Source: Tubiluchus corallicola (Eukaryota; Animalia; Priapulida). From it: DNA of 64,000 nt. The notes below the pieces were generated by a model. That model saw nothing but the letters and a program-made list of their open reading frames with translations, did no database searches and had not been told where the DNA came from. The DNA lies in NCBI GenBank assembly GCA_030141605.1, contig JAQGDQ010000633.1, positions 1 to 64,000 of the forward strand, read 5' to 3'. Of this stretch, positions 35,205 to 48,081 are shown one piece after another; the first letter of the stretch is position 1; the number at the start of each line of letters is the position of its first letter. A program made the translations under genes and the position numbers.

Positions 35205-35373
35205 GGCTGTTGAAACTTGCAGAACAACTGAAGATTCGTTTTCTCTGGGTATCGTAACTCTGAGTACCAGTTTCGCTTTATTCGATTTTTTTCTTAGTCG
35301 CTGAGCCGTATTCGATCCCAGCCGATGCTCAACGTCAGCATTGCGCAGTTTGAGTATTCCGACACAGTCCAAG
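35192..35373 (-). CDS. NFAT5: NFAT5 RHD exon
   Basis: ttcag|C TTG GAC TGT... encodes LDCVGILKLRNADVEHRLG...KKSNKAKLVLRVTI...LQVSTAPILC, ending A|gtaagt. Confidence 0.97.
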
Positions 35374-35467
35374 CTGAAAAAATAGTTTAAGACAAGTTAT
35401 AGAGATTTGAAGAACCAGTTTAGCGGAAGAAAACTGGTTAAGCAGCCAAAGATGTGTGCTCGGCTAC

Positions 35468-35727
35468 AAAGTTCAGCAGTACTGGACCTGTTTAATGAAT
35501 GGATGAGTGACTGTGTAGTTTCATCTGCCACAATGTTTCTAAGTTTTGCTCATAAAGTTCAGCAGTACTGGACCTGTTTAATGAATGGATGAGTGACTGT
35601 GCAGTTTCATCTGCCACAATGTTTCTAAGTTTTGCTCATAAAGTTCAGCAGTACTGGACCTGTTTAATGAATGGATGAGTGACTGTGTAGTTTCATCTGC
35701 CACAATGTTTCTAAGTTTTGCTCATAA
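35468..35727. repeat. 86-bp tandem triplication
   Basis: aaagttcagcagtactggacc...ttttgctcat at 35468, 35554 and 35640. Confidence 0.95.
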
Positions 35728-35863
35728 AAATACACGTTCGAGAAACAACTTTGCCACTTCCTTGGCATTTCAATCGCAGAAGTTATTATCACGTCATCAG
35801 GGCGGAAGATTTGTGTCACTAACAACTTGATAATCCACTTACTGACTAGTGAATAAGTGAGTA

Positions 35864-37444
35864 ATACTACAGATAATGTCCATTGTTTCGCGAGCTGACC
35901 GCTAGTTCATACACCAGATACAGTCCATTGTTTTGCGAGCTGACCGCTAGTTCATACACCAGATACAGTCCATTGTTTCGCGAGCTGACCGCTAGTTCAT
36001 ACTACAGATACAGTCCATTGTTTCGCGAGCTGACCGCTAGTTCATACTACAGATACAGTCCATTGTATTGTTTCGCGAGCTGACCGCTAGTTCATACTAC
36101 AGATACAGTCCATTGTATTGTTTTGCGAGTTGACTACTAGTTCATACTACAGATACATCCATTGTTTCGCGAGCTGACCGCTAGTCCATACTACAGATAC
36201 AGTCCATTGTTTCGCGAGCTGACCGCTAGTTCATACTACAGATACAGTCCATTGTTTCGCGAGTTGACTACTAGTTCATACTACAGATACAGTCCATTGT
36301 TTCGCGAGCTGACCGCTAGTTCATACTCCAGATACAGTCCATTGTTTCGCGAGCTGAACGCTAGTGCACACTACAGATACAGTCCATTGTTTCGCGAGCT
36401 GACCGCTAGTTCATACTCCAGATACAGTCCATTGTTTCGCGAGCTGACCGCTAGTTCATACTACAGATACAGTCCATTGTTTTGCGAGCTGACCGCTAGT
36501 TCATACTCCAGATACAGTCCATTGTTTCGCGAGATGACCGCTAGTTCATACTACAGATACAGTCCACTGTTTCGTGAGCTGACCGCTAGTGCATACTACA
36601 GATACAGTCCATTGTTTCGCGAGCTGACCGCTAGTTCATACTACAGATACAGTCCATCGTTTCGCGAGCTGACCGCTAGTTCATACTACAGATACAGTCC
36701 ATCGTTTCGCGAGCTGAACGCTAGTGCATACTACAGATACAGTCCATCGTTTCACGAGCTGACCGCTAGTTCATACTACAGATACAGTCCATCGTTTCGC
36801 GAGCTGAACGCTAGTGCACACTACAGATACAGTCCATTGTTTCGCGAGCGGACCGCTAGTTCATACTACAGATACAGTCCATCGTTTCGCGAGCTGAACG
36901 CTAGTGCATACTACAGATACAGTCCATCGTTTCGCGAGCTGACCGCTAGTTCATACTACAGATACAGTCCATTGTTTCGCGAGCGGACCGCTAGTTCATA
37001 CTACAGATACAGTCCATTGTTTCACGAGCTGACCGCTAGTTCATACTCCAGATACAGTCCATTGTTTCGCGAGCTGAACGCTAGTGCACACTACAGATAC
37101 AGTCCATTGTTTCGCGAGCTGACCGCTAGTTCATACTACAGATACAGTCCATTGTTTCGTGAGCTGAACGCTAGTGCACACTACAGATACAGTCCATTGT
37201 TTCGCGAGCTGACCGCTAGTTCATACTACAGATACAGTCCATTGTTTCGCGAGCTGACCGCTAGTTCATACTACAGATACAGTCCATTGTTTCGCGAGCT
37301 GAACGCTAGTGCACACTACAGATACAGTCCATTGTTTCGCGAGCTGACCGCTAGTTCATACTCCAGATACAGTCCATTGTTTCGCGAGCTGACCGCTAGT
37401 TCATACTACAGATACAGTCCATTGTTTCGCGAGCGGACCGCTAG
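35864..37444. repeat. 45-bp minisatellite, ~35 copies
   Basis: tacagatacagtccattgtttcgcgagctgaccgctagttcatac. Confidence 0.95.
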
Positions 37445-37646
37445 CTGGCGAGTCGTCACTTTGTTTACGTCATTACATACTAGACATTTTTGAGACAATA
37501 CGGACAATCTGCAAATTTGGACCAATGTCTCCCTCCCTTTGTCCGGCAAGCCAAGATACCAGTATATTATGTACACTAATTGGGAAAGCAGCCTCCAAAT
37601 AAATGGTGTTTCAATACATGAAGACTCTTTAAACAACAACTAAACA

Positions 37647-38525
37647 CATATTCAGTATCATTTTTATGGTTCGAAAGGATTTATCGTATCCTGTGAAAAA
37701 CCCGTTATCGATATCGTATCATTGGAAAAAAGCATCGTACTGAATCATGTTCAGTATCATTTTTATGGTTCGAAAGGATTTATTGTATCCTCTGAAAAAC
37801 GATATTGTATCATTGGAAAAAAGCATCGTACTGAATCATATTCAGTATCATTTTTATTGTTCAAAAGGATTTATTGTATCCTGTGAAAAACATGTTATCG
37901 ATATCGTATCAATGGAAAAAAGCATCGTACTGAATCATATTCAGTATCATTTTTATTGTTCAAAAGGATTTATCGTATCCTGTGAAAAACATGTTATCGA
38001 TATCGTATCGTTGGAAAAAAGCATCGTACTGAATCATATTCAGTATCATTTTTATTGTTCAAAAGGATTTATCGTATCCTGTGAAAAACCCGTTATCGAT
38101 ATCGTATCATTGGAAAAAAGCATCGTACTGAATCATGTTCAGTATCATTTTTATGGTTCGAAAGGATTTATTGTATCCTCTGAAAAACGATATTGTATCA
38201 TTGGAAAAAAGCATCGTACTGAATCATATTCAGTATCATTTTTATTGTTCAAAAGGATTTATTGTATCCTGTGAAAAACATGTTATCGATATCGTATCGT
38301 TGGAAAAAAGCATCGTACTGAATCATATTCAGTATCATTTTTATTGTTCAAAAGGATTTATCGTATCCTGTGAAAAACATGTTATCGATATCGTATCGTT
38401 GGAAGAAAGCATCGTACTGAATCATGTTCAGTATCATTTTTATCGTTCGAAAGGATTTATCGTATCCTGTGAAAAACATGTTATCGATATCGTATCGTTG
38501 GAAAAAAACATCGTATTGAGTCATT
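37647..38525. repeat. 99/91-bp minisatellite, ~9 copies
   Basis: catattcagtatcattttt...aaaggatttatcgtatcctgtgaaaaac...atcgatatcgtatc..tggaaaaaagcatcgtactgaat. Confidence 0.9.
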
Positions 38526-38926
38526 ATCGTATCACCAAACTTACACACTCGTTCAGATTAACTGAACGTCCGAGACATTTTACCGCATTTTCCCTTCCCA
38601 CCCCCTCATGGTATTTTCCAACAGTGAACTGGGTCACATATTATGAGAGTGATTAAAATGAAAGAAAAAACATGAATTTTCCTTCATTTTATGCGGTGGT
38701 TCAATCAACTTGCACAAAGACGAGTATCATTTAACATCCTACTTGAGTTACTGTCCAATTCCAAAAGTTCGCATACTTAATAACTGTTCACTAGCAGTGC
38801 TGAAGAATTCTATTTGCATACCAATTGTTCTAAACACTGTTAAAAGCATTAGAAAAACCTTACAAATAACATTTAAGCATATTTACACAATGATACTACA
38901 CTATATGCTTTTTTATTTACACTTAC

Positions 38927-39117
38927 ATGGCCGTCATCTTGTTATCCGGGAGAAGCATCATTTCAATAACGTTGGTTCCTTCGATGATTTTCTTCTCGCA
39001 CGGAGACGAGTTTTTGCCCTGAACTTCGCAAGCTTGATAATAACCGTGAGGCTTAACCTTTGCTGTATCTGATGCTAGAAATACTTGTAGTTTGACTGCT
39101 TCATCATAACCTGTTAA
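38927..39117 (-). CDS. NFAT5: NFAT5 RHD exon (absent from the ORF track)
   Basis: tgtatag|LTGYDEAVKLQVFLASDTAKVKPHGYYQACEVQGKNSSPCEKKIIEGTNVIEMMLLPDNKMTA AT|gtaagt (cf. LQVFV...VKPHGFYQAC.V.G.N..PC...IEGT.VIE). Confidence 0.96.
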
Positions 39118-39728
39118 CTATACAAACAAATAATCATCTATACAAACAAATAATCATCTATACAAACAAATAATCATCTGTGCAAACAGATAATCAACTA
39201 TGCAAACAAATATTCATTTATAAAAACAAATAATCATTTATACAAACAAATAATCATCTATGCAAACAAATAATCAACTATACAAACAAATAATCAACTA
39301 TACAAACAAATAATCATCTATACAAACAAATAATCATCTATACAAACAAATAATCATCTATACAAACAAATAATCATCTATACAAACAAATAATTATCTA
39401 TACAAACAAATAATCATCTACAAAAAACAAATAATCAACTATACAAACAAATAATCATCTATACAAACAAATAATCATCTATAAAAACAAATAATCAACT
39501 GTACAAACAAATAATCATCCATACAAACAAATAATCATCCATACAAACATCATCTATACAAACAAATAATCATCTATACAAACAAATAATCATCTACAAA
39601 AACAAATAATCAACTATACAAACAAATAATCATCTATAAAAACAAATAATCATCTATACAAACAAATAATCCTCTACAAAAACAAATAATGAACTATGCA
39701 AACAAATAATCATCTATACAAACAAATA
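39118..39728 (-). repeat. 20-bp minisatellite (~30 copies) whose unit is the 3' splice site
   Basis: Minus-strand unit atgattatttgtttgtatag; the last copy's AG is the native acceptor. Confidence 0.95.
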
Positions 39729-39752
39729 ACCATGTCACATGACTCATATTAA

Positions 39753-42523
39753 GAACGCGAGAGCACCATGCAGAGGGTGGCACATGAGGGGTGACGAATT
39801 TATATCATTTTTTTCTAACATGAAGGGCGACCCCCCAAAACCATGTAACCAAGATATCAAATCGATCGAGCTACTATTAGCAGAGAAATGACCACATCAA
39901 GAAATTGACCTCAAAAGAGGCAAAAAATCGCTATTTAGGGGGGTTATTTTAACTTTTTCTCCTGTATAAACTATTATAGATGGGTCGATGTAAGTTGGCT
40001 GGTACATAGACCCAGACATTGTCTTCTGATATCCTAACTTTTTCTGACATACTATTAATAGTATCAGAGAACGGGATTTTTTCAAATTCGGCTCTTTGTT
40101 AAGAGTCCCGGGAGAGGTTAAGTTGTAAGGCTCAAAACTCGCCCACTGCGGGGCTACAGAACTTCTGGTTTTCATGTATGTGTTAACCATCATTCGCATG
40201 TTTCAGTATTCAGTACTGGCACTTTAAAATTTCACAAAAATCAGCAAAATTAGCCTTTTTTGTAGTTTTTCAATATTTTTTCTATCTATATCCTGGATTA
40301 TAAGTGACAAATCTGTATTCTAAATTTCATGAAAACGCACGAGCTGAGATAATATCATGAATGACATTATATAAAGGGGGCACTGTTAGAAAAAACTGTT
40401 AGAAAAAAGAGCCCATATCAACACACTTTTTTGCTTTCCACAGTAATTCCATCCATGTGTAAAAGGTAGACATACTTGGCTCAGGTCGTTATATGACAGT
40501 AGACATTTAGCCACGTTTAACCTGCATTTTCTGTGACTAGTGTTCTCCATTCCTAGTAGCAATAGATTCCTTTGCCATGGAAATTGCTAGAAATTTGCGA
40601 ATTTCATCTTAAATTGGTTTAGTTATGTCGGAATTTTCATATGACTACAAATATGAATAATTGCCTCTTCTGATGGATTTCAGGACAGGACATCATGCAT
40701 GCCCCTAGTACCGAGTCCGACCCTGATTCAGGGCATTCTCTACACACTGAATCGCTAGTGGATACCAGGAAAGACTAAACAATAAGCCCTCTAATAGAAA
40801 AGAAGTACCGATTGTTAAGATTGAGAGTCATTGCTAGCGAAAGAATCTGACAACGCTTGGTATATACATATAAAATAGAAATCCGTTCATTTTTATACAT
40901 TCGTTCATTTTTTATACATTTTATATGAATAAGCTTCATGGCTATACATAGAAGATTATGAATATCAGTACAAAAATGAAAAACTACAAAACTCAGTCAG
41001 AATTAATTTCTCTAAGTCCAAAATACTGTTCCTATTGTAGCAGCATAATCCTATCACTGAAGAGTAGTACAAGTAATCAAAACCATAATATCTAAATAAT
41101 AGAGAAAGAATTATCGATGCAGGTAGATTATCACTAGAAGATAGATACAGAAATATAGACAAATATATCATGGGGAAAGTGATAAAGTGAAAATCTTACA
41201 GTCTAAACATGAGACAATATAAGCGTATGGGCCGCTTCTAGGGGGATGGCGGTGATATTTAGCTCAGAAAATTTTTCTTCGCCCAAAATTTATTTGTGGC
41301 ACAAAATCGATACTTCTGACAAAAAATATTAATAGTGTGATTGAATGATTGCGCCAATGGCACAAAAATTTTCGATGTTTTACAGTAAAAAAATCACCGG
41401 ACAAATGATATCAAGTCTGTCCCATATTTTTTGGGTATTCGCTCAGATTTAGGGCAATTTTCTTTGTGTCCTGGCTTGTACGCCTATGTAAGACAATGAG
41501 TAATAACTAGGTAATAACCTGTACATAACATTTACAAAACATAGAAAATAAACAGTACATAAAACATTTTCCAGTCCTTGCAAGAAGCAATTTCCATTCC
41601 GTAGATATTTCATTTTTTTTAAGATTGGAAGCACTTTAAATGCGGTCCAGTGTCTTTAGTACAGGCTAATAGATTCACAATATTCGTTTCGTGCGGATAA
41701 CTAGTAACAATACCGCATTTAACGCTGGTAAACAGCCCAGAAAACGAACATTTTAGTTCAGCAGTGGCCGCCATCTTGAATGCTGGAGTCCAATCCTGTC
41801 GGTAGTTTAACCAATGTGCTGGCCAGGCCCCTAGTTGCCAAAGATGAATATTTATGATGTTTTGAAGTATTTTGACAAGATTTGACAACTCATGTTTACC
41901 TACACGAAGCTTTTTGATGAACGTTGTTACCTATATTTTCACCCTGATATATGCCTCTTTCAGGGGTCATTTACAATAGGGTGGAAATTCGCTCCATCGA
42001 AATTGTCACTACAGCATAGTGGGATGGGATGCTCTATTCACATACATATCGATATTTTTGTCCCCGCCCCCGCTGTGGGTGAGATATAAGATATTTTTGT
42101 CCCCGCCCCCGCTGTGGGTGAGATATAAGACTTTGAAATGATTGAGTATTTGCATCTTGTGCATAATGCGAGTTTAAAGACCCCCAGTAGAGCCGAAAGA
42201 GGGGGGTTTGGGACAAAAGTCGAAAAGTCATTTTGAAGAAGATAACAAGATCCAATACTGTGCAGAGTCAGATCTATTCAAACTCGGTGGTTGCTGCATG
42301 GCTAATCCTTCAAATATGAGTAAAAAATAGAGAAAAATAGGTATTTTTTCATGAAAATCGGCCTATGCCGTACCTCTGCTACTATGAGGAGTTGGGCCAA
42401 GCGGATTCACATAGTGAATACTAGTGACTAGTGGACCTCATACCCGAACTTTGGTCTGAATCGGTTTACCTAACCTTGTGCCGAAATATTTCGATTTTGC
42501 ATGGTCTTCTCGCGGACGCGTTC
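39753..42523. mobile_element. 2.8-kb non-autonomous DNA transposon with TTAA TSD (Kolobok-like)
   Basis: ttaa|gaacgcgagagcaccatgca ... tgcatggtcttctcgcggacgcgttc|ttaa; no transposase ORF seen. Confidence 0.65.
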
Positions 42524-42810
42524 TTAAGTCCTTCAGGACCATAAGAGTTTGCTGGGTTCATGAAAATTGTTCTCACTAAGCAGCGATTACGTTATGTTTG
42601 ATAATTTTCGTAGGTTTCTACTCCCTACATAATAAAGTTCCATGCAAAGTTGTATATGAAATGCAGTTGCTTATCTTAGACAAATTAAAAGCCGATTTGT
42701 GAAAAAAATTGAAAAAGGCTTTCAGTAACTGCAGTGTTTCCACTGTAACAATGTACAGTATCACTTGTTTGAAATCAGCAAATGCAGAAAATTTCAACTG
42801 CCCAAACACA
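42524..42810 (+). mobile_element. Truncated piggyBac-like MITE (44807 family)
   Basis: ttaagtccttcaggaccataagagtttg... colinear with 44803-45100. Confidence 0.7.
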
Positions 42811-43329
42811 ATATAAGAATAATATGTTATTTTAAAACAGTACATACGTAGTACATAATAAAAATAACGACTTGTTTCACATACATGTAGTTATGCGCAT
42901 AAAGTCATGTGATAATTGTAACAGAAACAAAGTCATGTGATAATTGTAATAAAAGAAAATGCGACGGGTTCACGTAACCTTTGACCTACAGCAACTACGC
43001 ATGCGCATAACATATATGTGAAAAGATCATTATACTTGAAATTTTCGGAAAAGCTTGCATCTCTGAATCTCACCAAACTCAATTACCTACTATCTGACGT
43101 AAGACATTAACACGCATTGAGTTCCTTCATGGACATAATCATTTGACAACTGCATTTCATTCACAATGGAGTTCATAGTGAAATCTTTCATCTCTCTAGA
43201 GGTACACAGAGTTGACTAAATTTGAAAGCAAATCACCTGTCTCTTTCACACACGGAGACACGTTTTCGTTGTTTCCATTTTTACACCTTGTTTTACTATG
43301 TTACTCACTTTAATATTGAAGTTTCAAGT

Positions 43330-43894
43330 AAGGATAAAAATGCAAACAAACCCGATGATTGTTTAGACTCAATCTCATTTTAATTTACTGTCCAAAATAT
43401 ACATTTTGTTGCCTATGACCGTTAGCAGTTGTTTCTTATATTTGATTATTAGCTTAGAAAGTTAATTAATGGCAAATGAACACAGCTATCGCTTACGTCA
43501 CAAACTAACCACAGTTTGTTCAATGGTGGGCAGTTTCCCTGCGTGTCAAGCACGATCGTGTAAGCAAAGATTGCTATAGGAAACAAATGTGATGTCACAA
43601 AAATGAACTCTATGTCACACTGACGTCACAGACGAACGCTGCAGTTCATGATCATGCATATCAGGGTACTGCGCCTATTTGTCGGCCACTCGAATGTGAC
43701 AAAAAACCACCATTCGTCATCTCAGTGGATTCGACATGCTGTGCGTAGCTTTGAAAGTTTAACAAAATCTACTATCCAAGGTAGTTATTATTTAATCTAA
43801 GCTTTGATTCAAAACAAGCTATTTTAGTTTTCAATATTTTTGAGCATACTTTATTTAGAACTAATGTTTACAGAATCATTCGGATTTCCTTTAA
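43330..43894 (+). mobile_element. Kolobok-like MITE, uninterrupted relative of 13278-14830
   Basis: Colinear similarity; ends ttcctttaa. Confidence 0.6.
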
Positions 43895-43982
43895 AGTTTT
43901 TAACGTCAAGAAAAAATCTGTTCTGGGTTACCAATCCTGCTCTGCAGTTTTAGTTCGTTAAGCAAACACAAGACGTCGTAAA

Positions 43983-44467
43983 CAGCGGCAGATTATGATT
44001 TTATGGGCCTTAGGCTTGAGCTTGGAACGGGCCTTTTAAATGTTGCTACACTGCTGAGCTGACATGTTTTTGTGGAGCTCTCGTCGTTTGTAAAGGATGA
44101 CAAATTAAACAATTTATCACTGATGCATATTGAGTCAGATATGTTGAAAAAAATGGACTTTTCAGAAATTATAACTGACTTTGTCCCCAGAAAAATTCGG
44201 AAACTGAAATTTTGAACTTAAACTGTGTAAACGTGAATTGTGTAAACTTAAATTGTGTAAACTTGATTTGTGTAAACCCGATTTGAAATATAGTGACTTT
44301 TGAAAAAAAAACTTTTTTCTATATTTTATTTTGGCGGGCCCCTTGCTCTTTTGTCAATTTATTTTTTTTTACAACAAAAAAATTTTTTTCGTTTTATTTT
44401 GCCGGGCCCCTTTTGATCCCGGGCCTTAGGCTTCAGCCTATTCAGCCTATAGGGCTATCCGCTACAG
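43983..44467 (+). mobile_element. hAT deletion derivative with 8-bp TSD and dimerisation-domain relic
   Basis: TSD gtcgtaaa at 43975-43982 and 44468-44475; 44102-44215 reads KLNNLSLMHIESDMLKKMDFSEIITDF..RKIRK*. Confidence 0.8.
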
Positions 44468-44806
44468 GTCGTAAAGTATCAAAGTAAACGTATCGTACGA
44501 GTGTGAACAATCATTAAATATGTAACAATAACACATAGAAGATCTCATCAACTTGTGGTGAAAGGTACAGAAAAAGAGAGATCTCAACTGCAACAGTGAG
44601 CAAACTTATCAATAACTGTAATAGCTATCATACTGATTTGAAACTAACAAGACAGTCATGGAAAATTATCTGCTGGGTTAAATCTCCACGTCCATAGACA
44701 GGAATATTTCACGTTCACACAAAGTAAACAAAAACACAAATACAACAACAAATGCAGCAGTTTCACATTACCGAACATTCTGATTTTTATCACCTAAATT
44801 TATTAA

Positions 44807-45533
44807 CTCCTTCAGGACTGTAAGTGTTTGCTACATTTTGCATGGCTTCATGAAAACTGCTCTCACTAAGCAGCGATTATGTTATATTTAATAATTTTTG
44901 TAGGTTTCTACTCCTCACATGATGGATTTTCATGCAAAATTATATATGAAATGCATTTGCTTACCTTATGCAAATTAAACATCGATTTTTGGTGAAAAAA
45001 TTGAAAAAAGTTTTCAGTAACTGCAGTGTTTGCACTGTAACAATGTACAGTATCACTTGTGTGAAATCAGCTAATGCAGAAAATTTCAACTATCCAGACA
45101 CAACACACTGATAAACTTTGATTTCAAGTCCACTCTATTTTTAAGGACAAATTCCTGTTAAAAGATGAAACGACCTTAATTTCTCATTGGATGATCAGTT
45201 AGCTTTTCCTGAAACTGTGTTCAGAAGACAGCTCTCTTGGGCTGTAGCAAGCAGGTGATCAATAAAATAGTGTGTACGATCACACAAGTGTACACCAGAC
45301 TAAGCTACTCAATGGGCTAAGTTAGAGAGCCTGAAAATGGGCGTTCTTTTCTTAATTTTATCCAATAAATCACTTATAAATGCTTAAACAAACAGCATGA
45401 TTGGATAACCGAGATTCTCCTGAATAGAACAGTACCAAATTTGTAATCATTTAGTTGTGTCTGTACTCATACAGTAGCAGAAAAGTCACAGGTCTTACAA
45501 AACTTATTTTTGAACGGTGCGGTTCTGAAGGGG
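44807..45533. mobile_element. piggyBac-like MITE with TTAA TSD
   Basis: ttaa|ctccttcaggac ... gttctgaagggg|ttaa. Confidence 0.75.
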
Positions 45534-45546
45534 TTAAACTCTTTAC

Positions 45547-45703
45547 CTTCACAGTGGGATGGCTCTTCTGTGATCTATCTTTGACCGCTCCTCTGCTTCC
45601 CTCGGTCAAGTAACGAGCACGATGGTTCTCCTCCGGCTGAACAACAACAACCAGTTCATATTTACCCACTTTACTGGGCAGCTGCGCGCTCAAGGATGGA
45701 CCC
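45547..45703 (-). CDS. NFAT5: NFAT5 RHD first exon (DNA-recognition loop)
   Basis: ttcag|[53 protein letters not shown]|gtaaag; RARYLTEG is NFAT5-type (NFATc has RAHYETEG). Confidence 0.97.
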
Positions 45704-46419
45704 CTGAAAAACCAACAGCAAACTGATGCACTCCATCACCAGAAGATGGCTAAATTACGATCAAATTATTGCTAATTTGAAAAAAACTAATATTTTGAAT
45801 TTAATAAAAAAAGGTTCAATCTGATATTTATTAATGTTTCCATTGGTTACCCAAATAAATTAGCCGCATTGTTTTTACCCAAGACTAATATTTCTACCCG
45901 CTTTCAACAATGAAAATGATGACATTGTTAAATTTTGTAATACGATATAATCTAGCACTGATTATAAGGTTCGTTCAAAATTTTTGAAGATTAGATATCC
46001 TATACATTTTTAAAATGCTAACGATCTGCCTTAACCTAAAAAACTGTCTTTCCATTTTTTTTCAAAATCAGTTTGGTGACCATCTTGGATTCTCAAAATG
46101 GCAGCATGCACTTCTACAGTAGGTACCTATACTAGTAGACTATTACCTGCTGCATTGGCAGTGTGCCAGGATAACAGCCAGCACGCAGATGACAGATCAA
46201 ACCATTTTTGCCGTAGGGGTGACTTACAAAAAACACATTATGGTTCCTTTACCAAGAGGTTAATTATCCAAATAAAATTTTTATTAACCTTTAAAAACCT
46301 ATTTCGGGTGACTATTTCAAAGACACGAATAAACAGATTGTTAAGTTTAACAGAATACAAAAAGGATAATATAGATTATTTTATTTTCCTAATACCTACA
46401 CCACATTAATAGTACTCGG

Positions 46420-46740
46420 TGTGGTACTACCTAGGTTGGCTCGTTGTTAACGTGTGCAATTAGGGTAATTAAGCAGTCACATATACAACTGACAGATAAA
46501 AACTCAATGAAATGCCTTGTGTGGGGGGAAAACACAAACTTTCGCTACTCACAGCTCGTGTGTTCAGGCTCTCAGGGTGTAATAAATGAATGCTTGATGT
46601 TCACATAACAGTGCAGTTAGTTGAGAATACAAATGCTTTCAGTTTCTTCACTGCTGCTGAAGTTTAACAATTGGGTGTCGGCAGGTATGAGGAAAAGAGT
46701 ACCCTAGTCTGATTTTTGCTACCCGCTTAAACACTTATAA
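46420..46740 (+). mobile_element. LTR-like relic with PBS-like tail; related copy at ~56702-57210
   Basis: Shared actcacagctcgtgtgttcaggct...gtgtaataaatga and cagtttcttcactgc.gctgaa...taaca|attgggt. Confidence 0.5.
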
Positions 46741-47477
46741 TCAATAGCAGCGTGTTGTTTGATTTAGTAGTAAGAAGTTTGCCATATAAATAACGCTCAA
46801 CACGTGACAATCATTTGCACAGACATACTTATTTTCTGTCATAAGCCAAATTAGTGTAAGAGCAAAAGTCAGTGAAATCAGTCAGTTAGTCAGTCAGTCA
46901 GTCAGTCAGTTCACACAGTCAGGCAGTTAGTTAATCAATCGCTGAGTGAGTGAATGAGTGAGTCAGTCAGTCAGTCAATAATCACTCGGTCAGACAACCC
47001 AATCGCCAACGAATCAGTCAGTCAGTTAACCAAATTCACACAAACTTTAGGCTATAAGAGAATTAAGATGGTTAGGCTTTTTTAACTAACCATGTAACCG
47101 TTATTAATTGCGGTTGGTTAACCGTTTAACCATTATTAATTGTTGTGAGTTAACCGTTCAATCATTCCCGCTGACGTCATACATATAATAAAATATAGAA
47201 TGCACATGACTTGCACAAGTAAGAAGTGTGGTTCAAATCTAGCAAGCGCCAGCAAGAATGTCCAACATGGCAGCATCCTCGTAAGATGCGCGAGTGAAAA
47301 ACTTTTCATAATTAACAGTTTAGATGCTTCTTAGGCAACCAGATTAATTGAAACAATGTTGTAAATAGTAGAATTTTATGTAAGCACAGCATTGCTAACT
47401 GCGTACACCAACTCAGAAAAGATACAAGGTTTCATTAATACGGACACATAGACAACTTGGTTAAGTAACGGTTAAAT

Positions 47478-47976
47478 CAGGGGTGTGCAAATTGCGGCCC
47501 ATGGGCCACTTGCGGCCCGTCGAGAGAATTTGTGCGGCCCGCGAAGAGATTTGTCAACCTAATGAAAGTGCAGCCTGGCCGATTAATTGAGTGTATCCAG
47601 CTGAAGTCCATGCCACGATCCCAAAGATAGTGCGGGTAGTTTTTCTACTAGATCGGATGCCATTAACCCTTACAAGACGGTTGTAGGTTAATGTCACTGT
47701 ACTACACAGACTGTGTGATACACATTACTAATATGCATTGTAATGAAATTACCACTATCTGTCCCGAAAGTAGAAATATATGGTTTTTAATATAAATTTT
47801 AATAACTTCTAAAATAGTTTCTTGAGTGTAGTAGTAATGATGTGCGCAGGTCGGATGCAAAAAAATCGTTATTATGCCTTTCTGCACTTGACTCCTTGAT
47901 CAAACTGCCTGTGGCCCGTAGGAATTGCGGGAAAGTTTAATGTGGCCCGGCTAGTCAGATAATTTGCACACCCTTG
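47478..47976 (+). mobile_element. hAT MITE
   Basis: TIR caggggtgtgcaaatt / aatttgcacacccttg; TSD ggttaaat/ggttaaac. Confidence 0.9.
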
Positions 47977-48081
47977 GGTTAAACGGTTAGTGATTTTATA
48001 AACAGTTAGAGATCAGTTAAATGGTAAACCATCTCAGCCTTATTATGCAAGTCGGCTGACGAGATTTGAAGGTTCTCACAC

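Noticed and set aside
35883-38656. 443-aa, 175-aa and 173-aa repeat ORFs
   Set aside because: Products of 45-bp and 99-bp arrays, antisense within an NFAT5 intron.
46147-46222. Extra NFAT5 exon candidate ending CAGCAG|gtaata
   Set aside because: Weak acceptor, and no stop-free frame compatible with the flanking exon phases.
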